Shown here piece after piece: positions 1 to 10,400 of a stretch of DNA of 64,000 bases. The notes below the pieces were generated by a model. It was not told the DNA's origin, ran no database searches, and saw only the letters and a program-made list of their open reading frames with translations. Source of the DNA: a virus. Numbering within the stretch: position 1 is the first letter of the stretch; every line of letters begins with the position of its first letter. Position numbers and translations under genes: made by a program. The stretch is from IMG/VR virus record IMGVR_UViG_3300019472_000035, positions 4,696-68,695 of that record; one strand, written 5' to 3'.

Positions 1-225
1 CTTGCTCCGAAGATTAAGCAAGGGTATATCAAGTTTAATAAAAACCATCGTATCTTGGAAAGTCAACTAAAGAACTTTCCTAAAGACCACGATGATGCAC
101 CAGATTGCTTAGAACGATGTATTGCGAAGTTCTTAGAAAACTCTGCGACTATTGCAGTCGGTTCTATTGGCAGTCAGAACAAACGTAAAAACATTTTATC
201 ATTCATGAAAGGTTGGAAACGATGA
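1..225 (+). CDS. terL: terminase large subunit, C-terminal fragment (partial at window start)
   Basis: Frame-1 ORF open from position 1 to TGA at 223-225. It contains the DHDDAPD motif typical of the TerL nuclease domain. It lies immediately upstream of the portal gene with an ATGA overlap. Confidence 0.55.
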   Translation, partial: LAPKIKQGYIKFNKNHRILESQLKNFPKDHDDAPDCLERCIAKFLENSATIAVGSIGSQNKRKNILSFMKGWKR

Positions 226-1529
226 ATCTTAAACAACGAATCTTATCATGGATGAGTAAAACTATATTAAGAGATACGGTTGCCAATCTAAAGAATACTT
301 GGTTGTCTTCTTTTAGATTCAACAATCGAGCAACCGAAACAAAACTTAGTGTAGAAGAACTACGGAATCTATCAAGAACACCGATTGTACGTTCTGCAAT
401 CAATCAAATCCGAGAGGGTATTCTTGCGTTGCCTTGGGAAGTGGTTTCCATTGATGGCAACGCAAATAAGAAACAAATCAAACAGGTTACACAGATTATT
501 CAAAATCCGAACCCTGTTGATGATTACAACGACTTCATTGGTAAGCTATTTGAAGACTTGATTGTCTTAGACCTTGCGTTCTTTGAACAAAAGGTGGTCA
601 AGGGATACAGACCTCTGTATTTATTTCCAATTGACACAGAAACAATCGAGGTAGCAACCAATTGGAGCGGTGACTTAAATCAACCACGATTCTTGCAATC
701 CGTAAATGGACATCAAGAGTGGTACAAGGTTGATAAAATCGCCATGTTACAACGCACGAAGTTGACATATGACGAGTTTGGCTTATCACCATTAGAGCAA
801 GCATATCGACATATCAAGTACTTAGCAGAAGTACAAGAGTATGCAAACGATATTTCTTCTAATGCGATGCCAAAGTATCTTGTTAACATGGGTGCATCCG
901 CAAGTGAAGAAGAAATCGAAAAAATTCGGTTATACATTGCGAATGAAATCCAAGGTCAATCTGCGGTTGCAATCGTTGGGTCTGCACAATTGGATGCCAA
1001 ACAGATTTCACCGATTGGTGACGAAGCTGCATCCTTGAATTGGCAGAAAATGTTGTTACAAATCATTGCGACTTGTTTCAATATCCCTCCAGAACGCCTA
1101 GGTGTAGCGATTTCAAATGACCGTTCTACCTCATCTGAAAAAGATAATGAAATGTTGGAATATACGATTAAACCTTGGGCGAAGATTTTTGAACGAGCGT
1201 TTAATAAATACGTGATTACACGTTTGGGTTATTCCGATAGTATTAAATTCCAATTCGTATTCACTCCAACCAAGGCACAACAGGCAGATGCCGTTGAACG
1301 TGTTCGTAAACTCGTTGATGGTAATATTATCACATTAAACGAAGCACGTCAAGAGTTAAATGGTGTCCTTGGTATCGAACTGAAAGATATTCCGTCTGGC
1401 GATTCGTTGCTGGAAGAATATAAATCATCTTTGATTCAAAAGCGTGTACAAGACGATGAACAAAAAACTGACACGACCGATGAAACGAAGAAATCTACAG
1501 AGAAAGGAGAAGCCGATGGAAAAACGTAA
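222..1529 (+). CDS. portal protein
   Basis: ~435 aa ORF directly after TerL and before protease/scaffold and capsid. ATG at 222 with AAAGG RBS (the track lists an upstream TTG at 213). The C-terminus is acidic and Lys-rich. Confidence 0.55.
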   Translation: MNLKQRILSWMSKTILRDTVANLKNTWLSSFRFNNRATETKLSVEELRNLSRTPIVRSAINQIREGILALPWEVVSIDGNANKKQIKQVTQIIQNPNPVDDYNDFIGKLFEDLIVLDLAFFEQKVVKGYRPLYLFPIDTETIEVATNWSGDLNQPRFLQSVNGHQEWYKVDKIAMLQRTKLTYDEFGLSPLEQAYRHIKYLAEVQEYANDISSNAMPKYLVNMGASASEEEIEKIRLYIANEIQGQSAVAIVGSAQLDAKQISPIGDEAASLNWQKMLLQIIATCFNIPPERLGVAISNDRSTSSEKDNEMLEYTIKPWAKIFERAFNKYVITRLGYSDSIKFQFVFTPTKAQQADAVERVRKLVDGNIITLNEARQELNGVLGIELKDIPSGDSLLEEYKSSLIQKRVQDDEQKTDTTDETKKSTEKGEADGKT

Positions 1530-2433
1530 AGTACAACTTAGTGCGAGTGCAATTAAGGTTATACTAGATAACCAACATACGAACTCCATGCGTTTTACTG
1601 GCACGTGTATGTTCCTGAATGAGCCGTCTGATTATATTCCCGGTGGTGTTGATAAACCTATAATGTTATCATCCGAGGTTGCAGAAACTTGTGCATCTAC
1701 GATGAACCTTATGGGTATCAATTGTGATTATGACCCTTGGTTATTCCCAGACGAAGTTATGATGGCACATGACCGTAGAAATAAAATTGGTGTGGTTGAA
1801 AAGTGTTGGGTTGACGGTAACGAACTTAAATTCACTGGTATTATCTACAAGAATGACTTTCCAGACGTTGCAGAGTTTATTAAAAAGACTGTAGACTCTC
1901 TAGGATTCTCTGTGGAAGCCATTTCCAATATCCACGAGTTTGAAGACCATATTGAAATGGCGGATGTTGAATTCACTGGTGTTGCAATGTTGTTTAAAAA
2001 CGCAGCTGCATACCAAAATACGTATATTGCAGAAATTGCCGCAAAGGCGAAAGGAAAACAACTAATGAACGAACAAGAAATTAAAGCCTTGGTTGATGAA
2101 GCCGTTAAAGCATCTATTGAAGCACAAGCACAAGCTAAAGCACAAGCGGAAGAAGCTAAAGCACTAAAAGATGCAAAAGCAGAAGTTGAACGCTTGACTG
2201 CTGAATGTTCCGCTAAAGATGCATTGATTGTTGAAAAAGATGCAAAAATCGCAGAACTTGAAAAATCTGTTGAAACAAAAGATGCAGAAATCGAAGCTGG
2301 TAAAGCCGAAGCAGAAAAACAAACTGTAATTTCCGATGTTAAAAACTTGGAAACTAAGGCAAAACTAGAAGCTGGTAAATCTGACAAAGAATTTGATAAC
2401 TTTGCAGATGGCATCGAAGCTATGTGTAAATAA
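1516..2433 (+). CDS. prohead protease/scaffolding protein (globular N-domain plus Ala/Glu/Lys coiled-coil C-terminus)
   Basis: ATG at 1516 after an AAAGGAGAAG RBS, overlapping the portal end. The C-terminal 120 aa are AQAKAQAEEAKALKDAKAE-type coiled coil. Position between portal and capsid. Confidence 0.45.
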   Translation: MEKRKVQLSASAIKVILDNQHTNSMRFTGTCMFLNEPSDYIPGGVDKPIMLSSEVAETCASTMNLMGINCDYDPWLFPDEVMMAHDRRNKIGVVEKCWVDGNELKFTGIIYKNDFPDVAEFIKKTVDSLGFSVEAISNIHEFEDHIEMADVEFTGVAMLFKNAAAYQNTYIAEIAAKAKGKQLMNEQEIKALVDEAVKASIEAQAQAKAQAEEAKALKDAKAEVERLTAECSAKDALIVEKDAKIAELEKSVETKDAEIEAGKAEAEKQTVISDVKNLETKAKLEAGKSDKEFDNFADGIEAMCK

Positions 2434-2484
2434 TTACACATACTATTATTGTTGATTTGATTTTATATCATAGGAGAAATAACT

Positions 2485-3504
2485 GTGGCAGTAACAAAAT
2501 CCAAATTTATTACAGCAGCTGCCGTTGCTGATTATAACCAATCTCACTACATCGAGTTGCCTAAATTCCAAAACTTAATGGTTGACTTGTTAAACCGTAA
2601 CGTAACAATTCGTAATCGTATCACACCTGTGATGGCGACTGGGTATCCATCTCGTTATTGGGAACAAACTAAGATTGCACACAATGCGAAATTCGTAAAT
2701 CCACGTACAGGCGACAACGGTAAATACGGTGTTGATACTTACGATGAAGATTACGGTCGTGTTGAAAAGGCAGTATACTTAAAGGCGATTACATCTGGTA
2801 TTAAATACTCTTTGTTTGATACAGAAGTTGTAGCACAACAAGGTGATGCCTTGGCAAAATCTTTGTTAAACAAAGACATGGAAGATATGATTGTGGACTT
2901 ACTACAAACATCCAACAAAGGTATCTGGACAGGTGCAGCAACCTCTGCCGATGATTCCACATCCGATGAATACTGTGGTTTGGCTACACAAATTACAGAT
3001 GCAGTAACTGTGGCTAACCCTTATAGCTTTGCTACAGGTTCTGGTGATTTTGTAACAGATACAATTCGTACAAAGATGGCACAAAACTTGGCATCCACAA
3101 AATACATCGGTATGCCTACTGCAATCTACGCTAACCCATTGACAATCGACTACTTAAGCCGTGCAGAATTAAAACGCCCGGGATTTGCAGTCAACCAATC
3201 TGCGGATAAAATGGACTTGGGGAATGGTTTCGTTGTAAATACCATCCGTACACAAGCTGGTTATTTACCATTAATTCCAGATAACTACATTCCATTTGAC
3301 CCAACAAACAAAAAACATACATTGTATGTTGTCAATGAAAAATTGATTGAACGTCATTACTTGACTAATGCAGAACCACGCATCTTCAAAATGGGTCTTA
3401 CTAAAGGTCTATTGGACGAATACGTTGCAGTAATGTTCGATGCAATCGTTGCCAAAGGTGCTAGTGCTGGTGCCCACTTCAAGGTTGAATTTACTGAAGC
3501 GTAA
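2485..3504 (+). CDS. major capsid protein
   Basis: 339 aa ORF with strong RBS (AGGAGAAATAACTGTG start context) at the synteny position after the scaffold. A GC hairpin follows the stop at 3533-3552. Confidence 0.55.
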   Translation: MAVTKSKFITAAAVADYNQSHYIELPKFQNLMVDLLNRNVTIRNRITPVMATGYPSRYWEQTKIAHNAKFVNPRTGDNGKYGVDTYDEDYGRVEKAVYLKAITSGIKYSLFDTEVVAQQGDALAKSLLNKDMEDMIVDLLQTSNKGIWTGAATSADDSTSDEYCGLATQITDAVTVANPYSFATGSGDFVTDTIRTKMAQNLASTKYIGMPTAIYANPLTIDYLSRAELKRPGFAVNQSADKMDLGNGFVVNTIRTQAGYLPLIPDNYIPFDPTNKKHTLYVVNEKLIERHYLTNAEPRIFKMGLTKGLLDEYVAVMFDAIVAKGASAGAHFKVEFTEA

Positions 3505-3566
3505 TAATGCTTAATTCAAACGATTAATCACAGGGGTGTCTTTTGACACCCCAATGTTTTAACCGA

Positions 3567-3791
3567 ATGGAGATACATATGTTAGTAACATTAAAAGATA
3601 GTGATGCCAAACGCATTTATCTGTGTGGTCGCATTATTGAAGCTGATAACGGTCGCTTTGAGGTGTCCGAGGAAGAATACGCTTTGAATGAAGCCGTATT
3701 AGAGCCTGTGGACAAAAAAGCTGGTAAAGTTATCAAACCAAAAACACAATCCGTTGTAGACGACACAGAAGATTCCGTCAAGGAATCCTAG
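3567..3791 (+). CDS. small head-associated protein (hypothetical)
   Basis: ORF with ATG at 3567 or 3579 (GGAGA RBS). The C-terminus is acidic. Confidence 0.3.
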   Translation: MEIHMLVTLKDSDAKRIYLCGRIIEADNGRFEVSEEEYALNEAVLEPVDKKAGKVIKPKTQSVVDDTEDSVKES

Positions 3792-3798
3792 GAGAATT

Positions 3799-4368
3799 AT
3801 GGTTTACTTAGATGCAGCAGAAATTGACGATTATTGTCAAATGATTCCAGTTGATGAAAGTCACGTTCAGTTTGCATCGACTATGATTGATGCCTACGTT
3901 GGAACAAACAATGGACAATCGAAATTTACATCCAACGAAATCACCGAAATTGTCAAACCGAATCGCAAAGGCGTGTTGATTCTAAAGAATGACCCTGTGA
4001 TTGACATTCTATCAATCCAAGCAATTCACACACGAGATATAAACGAAGACGGAGTTGAGATTGAACCGTACTTGTATGACTTTGATGGTAGCAAGTATGT
4101 ATATCTATTGAATAACGTATCCGCCATGACATATTCTCAAATATTCTCGCATAACGCAAGATTTTATAAAGTCCGTTACAACTATGGATTCGCTGAAATT
4201 CCACGAGAAGTAAAAACGGCTTGTGCGATGCTTGCGATGAATATATCACAGGTTTCCACATTCACCGCCTTAAATTCAATGACAACTTTGGATGCACGAT
4301 TTTCATTAACTGACCCAAACTTATTTACAAACGAAATCAAATCATTGTTATCACGATACAGATTTTAA
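3799..4368 (+). CDS. head-tail connector/adaptor (hypothetical)
   Basis: 189 aa ORF with AGGAGAATT RBS in the head-tail joining position. Confidence 0.3.
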   Translation: MVYLDAAEIDDYCQMIPVDESHVQFASTMIDAYVGTNNGQSKFTSNEITEIVKPNRKGVLILKNDPVIDILSIQAIHTRDINEDGVEIEPYLYDFDGSKYVYLLNNVSAMTYSQIFSHNARFYKVRYNYGFAEIPREVKTACAMLAMNISQVSTFTALNSMTTLDARFSLTDPNLFTNEIKSLLSRYRF

Positions 4369-4380
4369 ACGGAGGTATAT

Positions 4381-4968
4381 ATGCGAGAAAAATATACACC
4401 AAAGTTTGACTGTACACGAATGTTCGCATCATGGCGTGAAACCATTAAATGCGATGGTAAAAAACCAGAGTTTGTGTTGTTTACGCGAATTGGTCGTGGT
4501 ACAAAACGGTTTCTTGTGAATAATGTTCGTTGGGGAAACCTTATGTCAGATTCCTCGTTGGAAGCTGGCGATATATGCGAACGTAGAAACGGTGATACGT
4601 TATTCTTGGTCGCAAAAACTAACTCATTCAATGGTGACAAGGGTGAGTTTTACACAACAAATACAATCGTAAATATCTATGGTATCGAAACCACAACAGA
4701 CGAGTATGGCAATACCAGTGGTACATCTACTATTATAAAAGTAAAAGACTTAAAGTGTGTATACGAAGATGTGTCCGCCAAGATGCACTTGTTCGATTAT
4801 GGTTTGTTACCGACTACTACTAAAAGATTTATCCTACCGAAAGACACCAATGTTGCACTATTGGATAGAATCGAAATCAATGGACAGTTTTTACAAATTG
4901 ATGTAATAAATAAGTTCGATTTTGCACCGTTCTTATATGTGCAATGTTCACCAGACGAGCGTGGCTAA
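4381..4968 (+). CDS. head-tail joining protein (hypothetical)
   Basis: 195 aa ORF with ACGGAGG RBS. Confidence 0.3.
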   Translation: MREKYTPKFDCTRMFASWRETIKCDGKKPEFVLFTRIGRGTKRFLVNNVRWGNLMSDSSLEAGDICERRNGDTLFLVAKTNSFNGDKGEFYTTNTIVNIYGIETTTDEYGNTSGTSTIIKVKDLKCVYEDVSAKMHLFDYGLLPTTTKRFILPKDTNVALLDRIEINGQFLQIDVINKFDFAPFLYVQCSPDERG

Positions 4969-4969
4969 C

Positions 4970-5563
4970 ATGAAGACAATGCAAGATGTAATCGCTAAGA
5001 TATTAGAAGACCATTTAGATGTACTGACTGACCGTATCAAACAAATATGGGCGGTTGCAGACGAGGACATCTATACTGACCACCATATAATCCTTAGAAG
5101 ATTCACACCAAGCGTCAACATGGTTAGACTTGGCTTAGACATTACAGGTCTTGGGGCGTTCATCCTAGAATATGGCTCTGGTTCGTTCATGGTAACGAAT
5201 ACAAGTGCGGAACTTGGGGATTTTGGCAACCCAGACTTACCAGAATATATGGCATCATCTTGGTTTAACGATAATCGTTCATCGCACGGCAATGCAATCA
5301 TGGGTCGTGACAAGGGAGAAACTGTACATTCACCAACGATGGGTGTACCAGATTATAAATCCAAAGGTCACTTCAAGGGTATTAACTTAGAAGAACCCAT
5401 GAAGAAATCCAAGCTAAAACCTTTAGAACCAAAAGAACCGATGTTTGTTGTCGAAACAGAAATCGTTCATTGGTTGAAAGAATTGGATGAAGCTATTGAC
5501 GATGCAGTATCTGATTATATCGAAACCCAACTAGATAATGCTTTTAAAGGAGTAATCGCATGA
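4970..5563 (+). CDS. structural protein (hypothetical)
   Basis: In-frame ATG at 4970 just after the previous stop. The track shows a longer 4922 start that overlaps the upstream gene. Confidence 0.3.
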   Translation: MKTMQDVIAKILEDHLDVLTDRIKQIWAVADEDIYTDHHIILRRFTPSVNMVRLGLDITGLGAFILEYGSGSFMVTNTSAELGDFGNPDLPEYMASSWFNDNRSSHGNAIMGRDKGETVHSPTMGVPDYKSKGHFKGINLEEPMKKSKLKPLEPKEPMFVVETEIVHWLKELDEAIDDAVSDYIETQLDNAFKGVIA

Positions 5564-5979
5564 AGTATACGGTACAACTATTGGACGAACTGTGGAATAT
5601 CTTGCGACAAGACGAAGAAATGGCTTCGTTATTACGCATAAAAGATACACAATCAATCCAAGAGTGGAACTCTAAGATTAGGCGTGGTCTTGCTGGTGCG
5701 GAACTCGTTGATGAAAAACAAGATATTTACATAATTATGTCATTCATTCCATCTGTTGGTAATACCAAGAATTGGATGGTCAACAAGAATTTACTGGAGT
5801 TTAGAATCATCGGTCGTTCTAACAATAGAAAACTTGTGAATGATTTATATATATATTTGAATAAACTATTAAAGGAACATTATCAAGAAATGTCCATCTA
5901 TACCGAGGGTTCATTCTCTACTGGTACGGCTGGCTTAATCGGTTATATGTTTCGTGTTAGACCTTTTACATGGTCGTAA
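5560..5979 (+). CDS. tail completion protein (hypothetical)
   Basis: 139 aa ORF with ATGA overlap to the upstream gene, immediately before the major tail gene. Confidence 0.3.
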   Translation: MKYTVQLLDELWNILRQDEEMASLLRIKDTQSIQEWNSKIRRGLAGAELVDEKQDIYIIMSFIPSVGNTKNWMVNKNLLEFRIIGRSNNRKLVNDLYIYLNKLLKEHYQEMSIYTEGSFSTGTAGLIGYMFRVRPFTWS

Positions 5980-5995
5980 TCATAGGAGATAATTA

Positions 5996-6799
5996 ATGGC
6001 ACAACAAACAGGCAAAAACTTTGTATTGAATGGTGTTGGCGAAGCATGGGCGAAACGAGTTGTAAACGGCAAAGTTGAAGCCTATAAACTCGGTACACTT
6101 CAAACAATGAAACTATCTTTCAGTTCCTCTGATGAAAAAGTCTATGGTTCTGATGCTTTACCACCAATCTATATCTTGAATAAAGAATCCAATGTTCAAG
6201 CATCTTTCACCGAAGCACGTTTCAACCTTGATTACTTGGGTGTAACTGCTGGTGCTGATGTTGACAACAACGGTACTTTAATCTTTAGTGTAAAACCTAC
6301 ATTGATTGCAAGCGGTACTGCATTTACCGTTCCAAGTGTAACAAATGTTATCCCAGAAGATACAATCGTTGTACTTGCGAATGACAATCAAATGGAAGAC
6401 GAACGTGTGACACTAAAATACGTTAAATCTCAACTTCCATCTTCTGGCGAATTTACAATTACTGCAAGCGGTGTAATCACTTTAGGTGATTCTGTAACAA
6501 ACAAATACATCGAAGTATCTGGTCTTCGTACTGATACAACTAGCCGTAAAGCTACAATGAAAGCAACTAGCGTACCACAATTCGTTGAAATCCGTCACGT
6601 TTCCAATCCTGTTGATATGGGCGATGGTAAGAAAGTTATCTTGCATACTCATATTTTCCGTGCTAGAGCGACTGGCAAAATGGACATTGACCATGAACGT
6701 CAAAAAGCATCTGCACCACAACTTGAATTTGAAGTTATGTATGATACTACTCGTACAGACGGAAAAATCTTGGAAATCACACAAGAAATCCAAGGCTAA
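5996..6799 (+). CDS. major tail (tube) protein
   Basis: 267 aa ORF with the CATAGGAGATAATTAATGG start context (the same context as the tape-measure gene). It sits upstream of the chaperone-frameshift-TMP trio and is followed by a strong terminator. Confidence 0.45.
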   Translation: MAQQTGKNFVLNGVGEAWAKRVVNGKVEAYKLGTLQTMKLSFSSSDEKVYGSDALPPIYILNKESNVQASFTEARFNLDYLGVTAGADVDNNGTLIFSVKPTLIASGTAFTVPSVTNVIPEDTIVVLANDNQMEDERVTLKYVKSQLPSSGEFTITASGVITLGDSVTNKYIEVSGLRTDTTSRKATMKATSVPQFVEIRHVSNPVDMGDGKKVILHTHIFRARATGKMDIDHERQKASAPQLEFEVMYDTTRTDGKILEITQEIQG

Positions 6800-6805
6800 T
6801 CTCAT

Positions 6806-6837
6806 GGGGGCATCTTCGGATGCCCCTATTTTTTATT
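6806..6837 (+). terminator. rho-independent terminator after the major tail gene
   Basis: GGGGGCATC-TTCG-GATGCCCC hairpin followed by TATTTTTTATT. Confidence 0.7.
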
Positions 6838-6863
6838 ATATGGAGTACTATGGAGATATATAG

Positions 6864-7271
6864 ATGTCAAACACTTTAATTCCACAAGAAAAATACATTA
6901 TGCTTAATGGCAAAGAATACAAGATTTATCCGATGCTATTAAAAGATTACAACAAGGTTGAACGTCTATTGTCTAAAATAAATGACCAGTATTTATATTT
7001 GAACTTACCATCACCAATTTTAGACGAAGATGGCAAAGAAGTGTTAGATGCCAATGGCAAGGTGAAATATGACTATGTGGCATTTAACTCCATGTGTGAA
7101 CTGTTTGAGATGGCGTTACGTATTCCACGGAAAGAACTAATTAACGCAATCGACTTAGACAATGGTGTTCAACTGTTGGATGAATATTTATCTATTAGCG
7201 GATTAAAAAAAAAGATGATGGGTCTAATGGCACAGGAACTACCGAAGATAAATCTACAGGACTTGACCTAG
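6864..7271 (+). CDS. tail assembly chaperone (G-like)
   Basis: 135 aa ORF immediately upstream of the tape measure gene. It contains the A_AAA_AAG slippery heptamer near its 3' end. Confidence 0.55.
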   Translation: MSNTLIPQEKYIMLNGKEYKIYPMLLKDYNKVERLLSKINDQYLYLNLPSPILDEDGKEVLDANGKVKYDYVAFNSMCELFEMALRIPRKELINAIDLDNGVQLLDEYLSISGLKKKMMGLMAQELPKINLQDLT

Positions 7272-7474
7272 TCATTGCATCTTTGGTACAACACACAAGT
7301 GAAACCAGAGAATCACTAATGAGATATACTTTACCAGAACTAGAGGGGTTATCTGTTGCATTAAACGAAAATAATAAAACAGATACAGACGATAGTAATA
7401 CTTTTGTTGACTCTGATTCCGTCACAGGGGCAGATGCGGTACGTGGTCTTTTGAGTTCTGGGTACGCATCATAG
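6864..7474 (+). CDS. tail assembly chaperone -1 frameshift fusion product (G-T-like)
   Basis: The -1 frame is open from the slip site at 7208-7214 to TAG at 7472-7474, with no stops in codons 7208-7282. The downstream ORF 7283-7474 is in the -1 frame relative to 6864. Confidence 0.45.
7208..7214 (+). promoter_or_regulatory. programmed -1 ribosomal frameshift slippery site A_AAA_AAG
   Basis: Heptamer in the 0-frame as AAA(7209-11) AAG(7212-14), identical to the dnaX-type slippery motif. It lies inside a 9-nt A run. Confidence 0.5.
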
Positions 7475-7485
7475 GAGAATAATTA

Positions 7486-10400
7486 ATGGGAAACAAAAAA
7501 TTCGGATATGACATAAAAATAGACTACAGTCAAGCAACCGAGAATACCAATCGAGTGACCTCTAGTATTCTACAGTTGCAACAAGCCGTAGAACGACTAA
7601 AAAGAAACTCTGACATTCAGATTAAATTCACTGGTCTTCCACGACAACTTGATAGCATCACAACAAAAACTGCTACATTGGCTAATGCGTTGGAAAGAAC
7701 GGCTCAAAGTGGCAATCTTGCATCTAAGTCTTTTGATGGTATGTCTGCTAAAATGCAGTCGCTTAAAAAAGATGGTGAAGCACTTGCCAAGGGTTTACAA
7801 GATTCTGCCAATGCAATCAAGAAACTAGAGTCTTCAAACCATAGCACATTAAGAGATGGCAACAAGGCTATGACAGTTGGTACACAAATCAACCAACTTA
7901 AGAACCAAGCCGATGTCTTATATCAAGCATGGAAAGCGAACAACGTAGGTAAAGAACAATATCTTCAACAAATGACGGCAATCCAAGGCAAGTTAAACAC
8001 CTTGTATGGTCAACAACGGAGAATTAATAAAATTACCGAAGAACATATTCCATTGTTAAAGCAATGGGGTTTTGAATTAGACAAAGTCGGTTCACGACTT
8101 GGGTATTTTGCTACACGTTGGGCTGCATTATGGGTCGGTGATAAAGTCATGGATTCTCTATCTGCTTTACCAAAAGTAGAACAAGATATGGCTGGGTTCG
8201 CCCAAGTAATGAAACATGGCACAGGTGAAACAAATGCGTTCGCACATAGTTTAATGCAAGTTGACCCATCTCATATGGTCAATAGTTTGCAACTTAGCGG
8301 TGACGAAGCAGAACACTTTAAAACAGAACTAGGTAGTATGCAAGTAGAATTGCAAAACCTTGCTATAAAGTATGGTACAACAAGTCATGAAATGATTGAG
8401 TCTGCTAAGTTATGGGGTCGTGCATACAAGGACAATAACACAGTTCTTGCCTTAACAGATGCGGCTACAAAACTTGCGGTTGCCGATGCGTTCGACATTG
8501 TGTCTGCAAACAAAGCGTTGGAATCCTCAATCATGCAATGGGGTTTTCAAATCAAGAACTCCAATGATGCCATGAGTGTTTCAAGCCGTATTATTGACTC
8601 ATGGACATCTCTTGCACATAACTATACGGTTTCTGCACAAACATTATCCGAAGCAAACAAACGTATGGCACAATCCGCAGCTGAAGTCGGTGTATCATTC
8701 CATTCCGCACAAGCACTTGTTGCCGTTATGGCACGTAAAACGCAAGCAGAGGGTGGTGAAATCGGTAACGCCTTAAAGTCTATCTTCGGTTCTATCCACT
8801 CTAAGAAAGCTATTAAAGCATTACAAGATTTTGGTATCGAAGTTTACAAGGTTGGTGAAAACGGAGAGCGGTCATTCCGTAAAGTAGACGATGTGTTGCT
8901 TGATTTAATGATTAAAGCACAAGGGTCTAAGGAATCCATGGAAGACTTGCTAAAGGCAATCTCTGGCGGTAAATGGCAATGGAATAAAGCCGATGCCATG
9001 TTGGACTTAAAAGAATACCTAGAAGCCTTACGATTGTCGTCTTCCGCTATGGGATTTACAAATGCACAAGTTGGTATGCAACTTGACACAATCCAAACCA
9101 AGATAAAACAAATTGCCGCACAATGGGAGAAAATGGTAACAACCAATGGTAATGTGTCTAAGACTATTAAAGCTGGACTAGACCTTGCTATGGGGTTCTT
9201 GCAACTATTGAACAAAATCCCATCTAGCACATTTGTTGTCCTTGGTGGTTTGATGGCTGTTTCTTACGCTACATCAAAACTAGGGATAACCTCAAAAACT
9301 GTACAAACTTCTATTTCTCTTGGATGGAATAAGTTGACCGCAGCCGTTGCAAGATATAACTTTGCCGTATCTGCCACAGGCTCTAAAACTGCTGGTATGA
9401 AAGCTGCGTTCGCTGGTGCTGGCGGTGCAATCAAAGGTATGGGTCGTGCGGTACAATCTGCAACTGCCTTTATGGGTGGTTGGATAGGTATTATCCTTAC
9501 GCTTGGCACTTTGTTGGTCGATTTTGTAATGAATATGGATTCTGCATCCGATGCAATCAAAAAAGATATTCAAACACAAAACGAACTATTGCAAAGACAA
9601 GAAGAATACTATGGTCGATTGTCTGAATCTCAGAATGTCGTATCACAATATATTACCGCCCTTAGTGGTCTAAAAGAAAAGCTATTAGAGGTCGGTCAAC
9701 AAACAGAAGAATATACACAAATCGAAGCCGAAATTAAAACCGCAAAAGACGGCTTAATTGAAATCCTTGGCGAAGAACAAACCGCATGGGTATTATCTGG
9801 CGACACCATTGAGGAACAAAACCGTAGAGCATCACAAGCGGTTGAAGAAAAGAAAAAAGAAGTTCGCCATCAAATCGCAATGACGAGAGCAGCCGTTGTT
9901 GAAGCATCTAAGAAACTAAGGGAAATGGCAAATGAAGACATTAAGTCAATCCAAAGTGAGGAAACTCCGTGGAAAAGACGGTTTGAAATCATTTATCATT
10001 TCTTAGATTTAATATCTGCGGTTCAAGATGCATGGAATAGACTCATGAGAACCATGAGTGAACAAGGGGCACAAGTTGCCGAAAGCACATATGCCAAAGC
10101 TGAACTTGACAGGTCAGATTTACAATCTCAATATGACTATGCAGTAGCACATGGCGAAACTGTATCTGCCTTTATTTTAAAACAACGACTTGACCTTGCA
10201 CAAACACAAGCAGCCGATGCACGAGCAGAGATGTATCGTATTAAAGAAAATGCTGATTATTATAACAAACAAGTTGAGGAAACAAACTCAAAAGTCGTCA
10301 TTGCAGCATCTAAAGAAGCCTTAGAGGGTCTTGGCGGTGGTGGAGGAAGTACACTACCAGCTATTACCGACAGTAACACTGGCGGTGGCACAACTGGAGA

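Noticed and set aside
1845-2441. 198-aa minus-strand ORF rich in Ala and Ser, antisense to the scaffold gene
   Set aside because: It exactly mirrors the GCA/GAA/AAA-rich coiled-coil codons of the + strand scaffold. There is no RBS, and the repetitive low-complexity composition is a typical antisense artefact.
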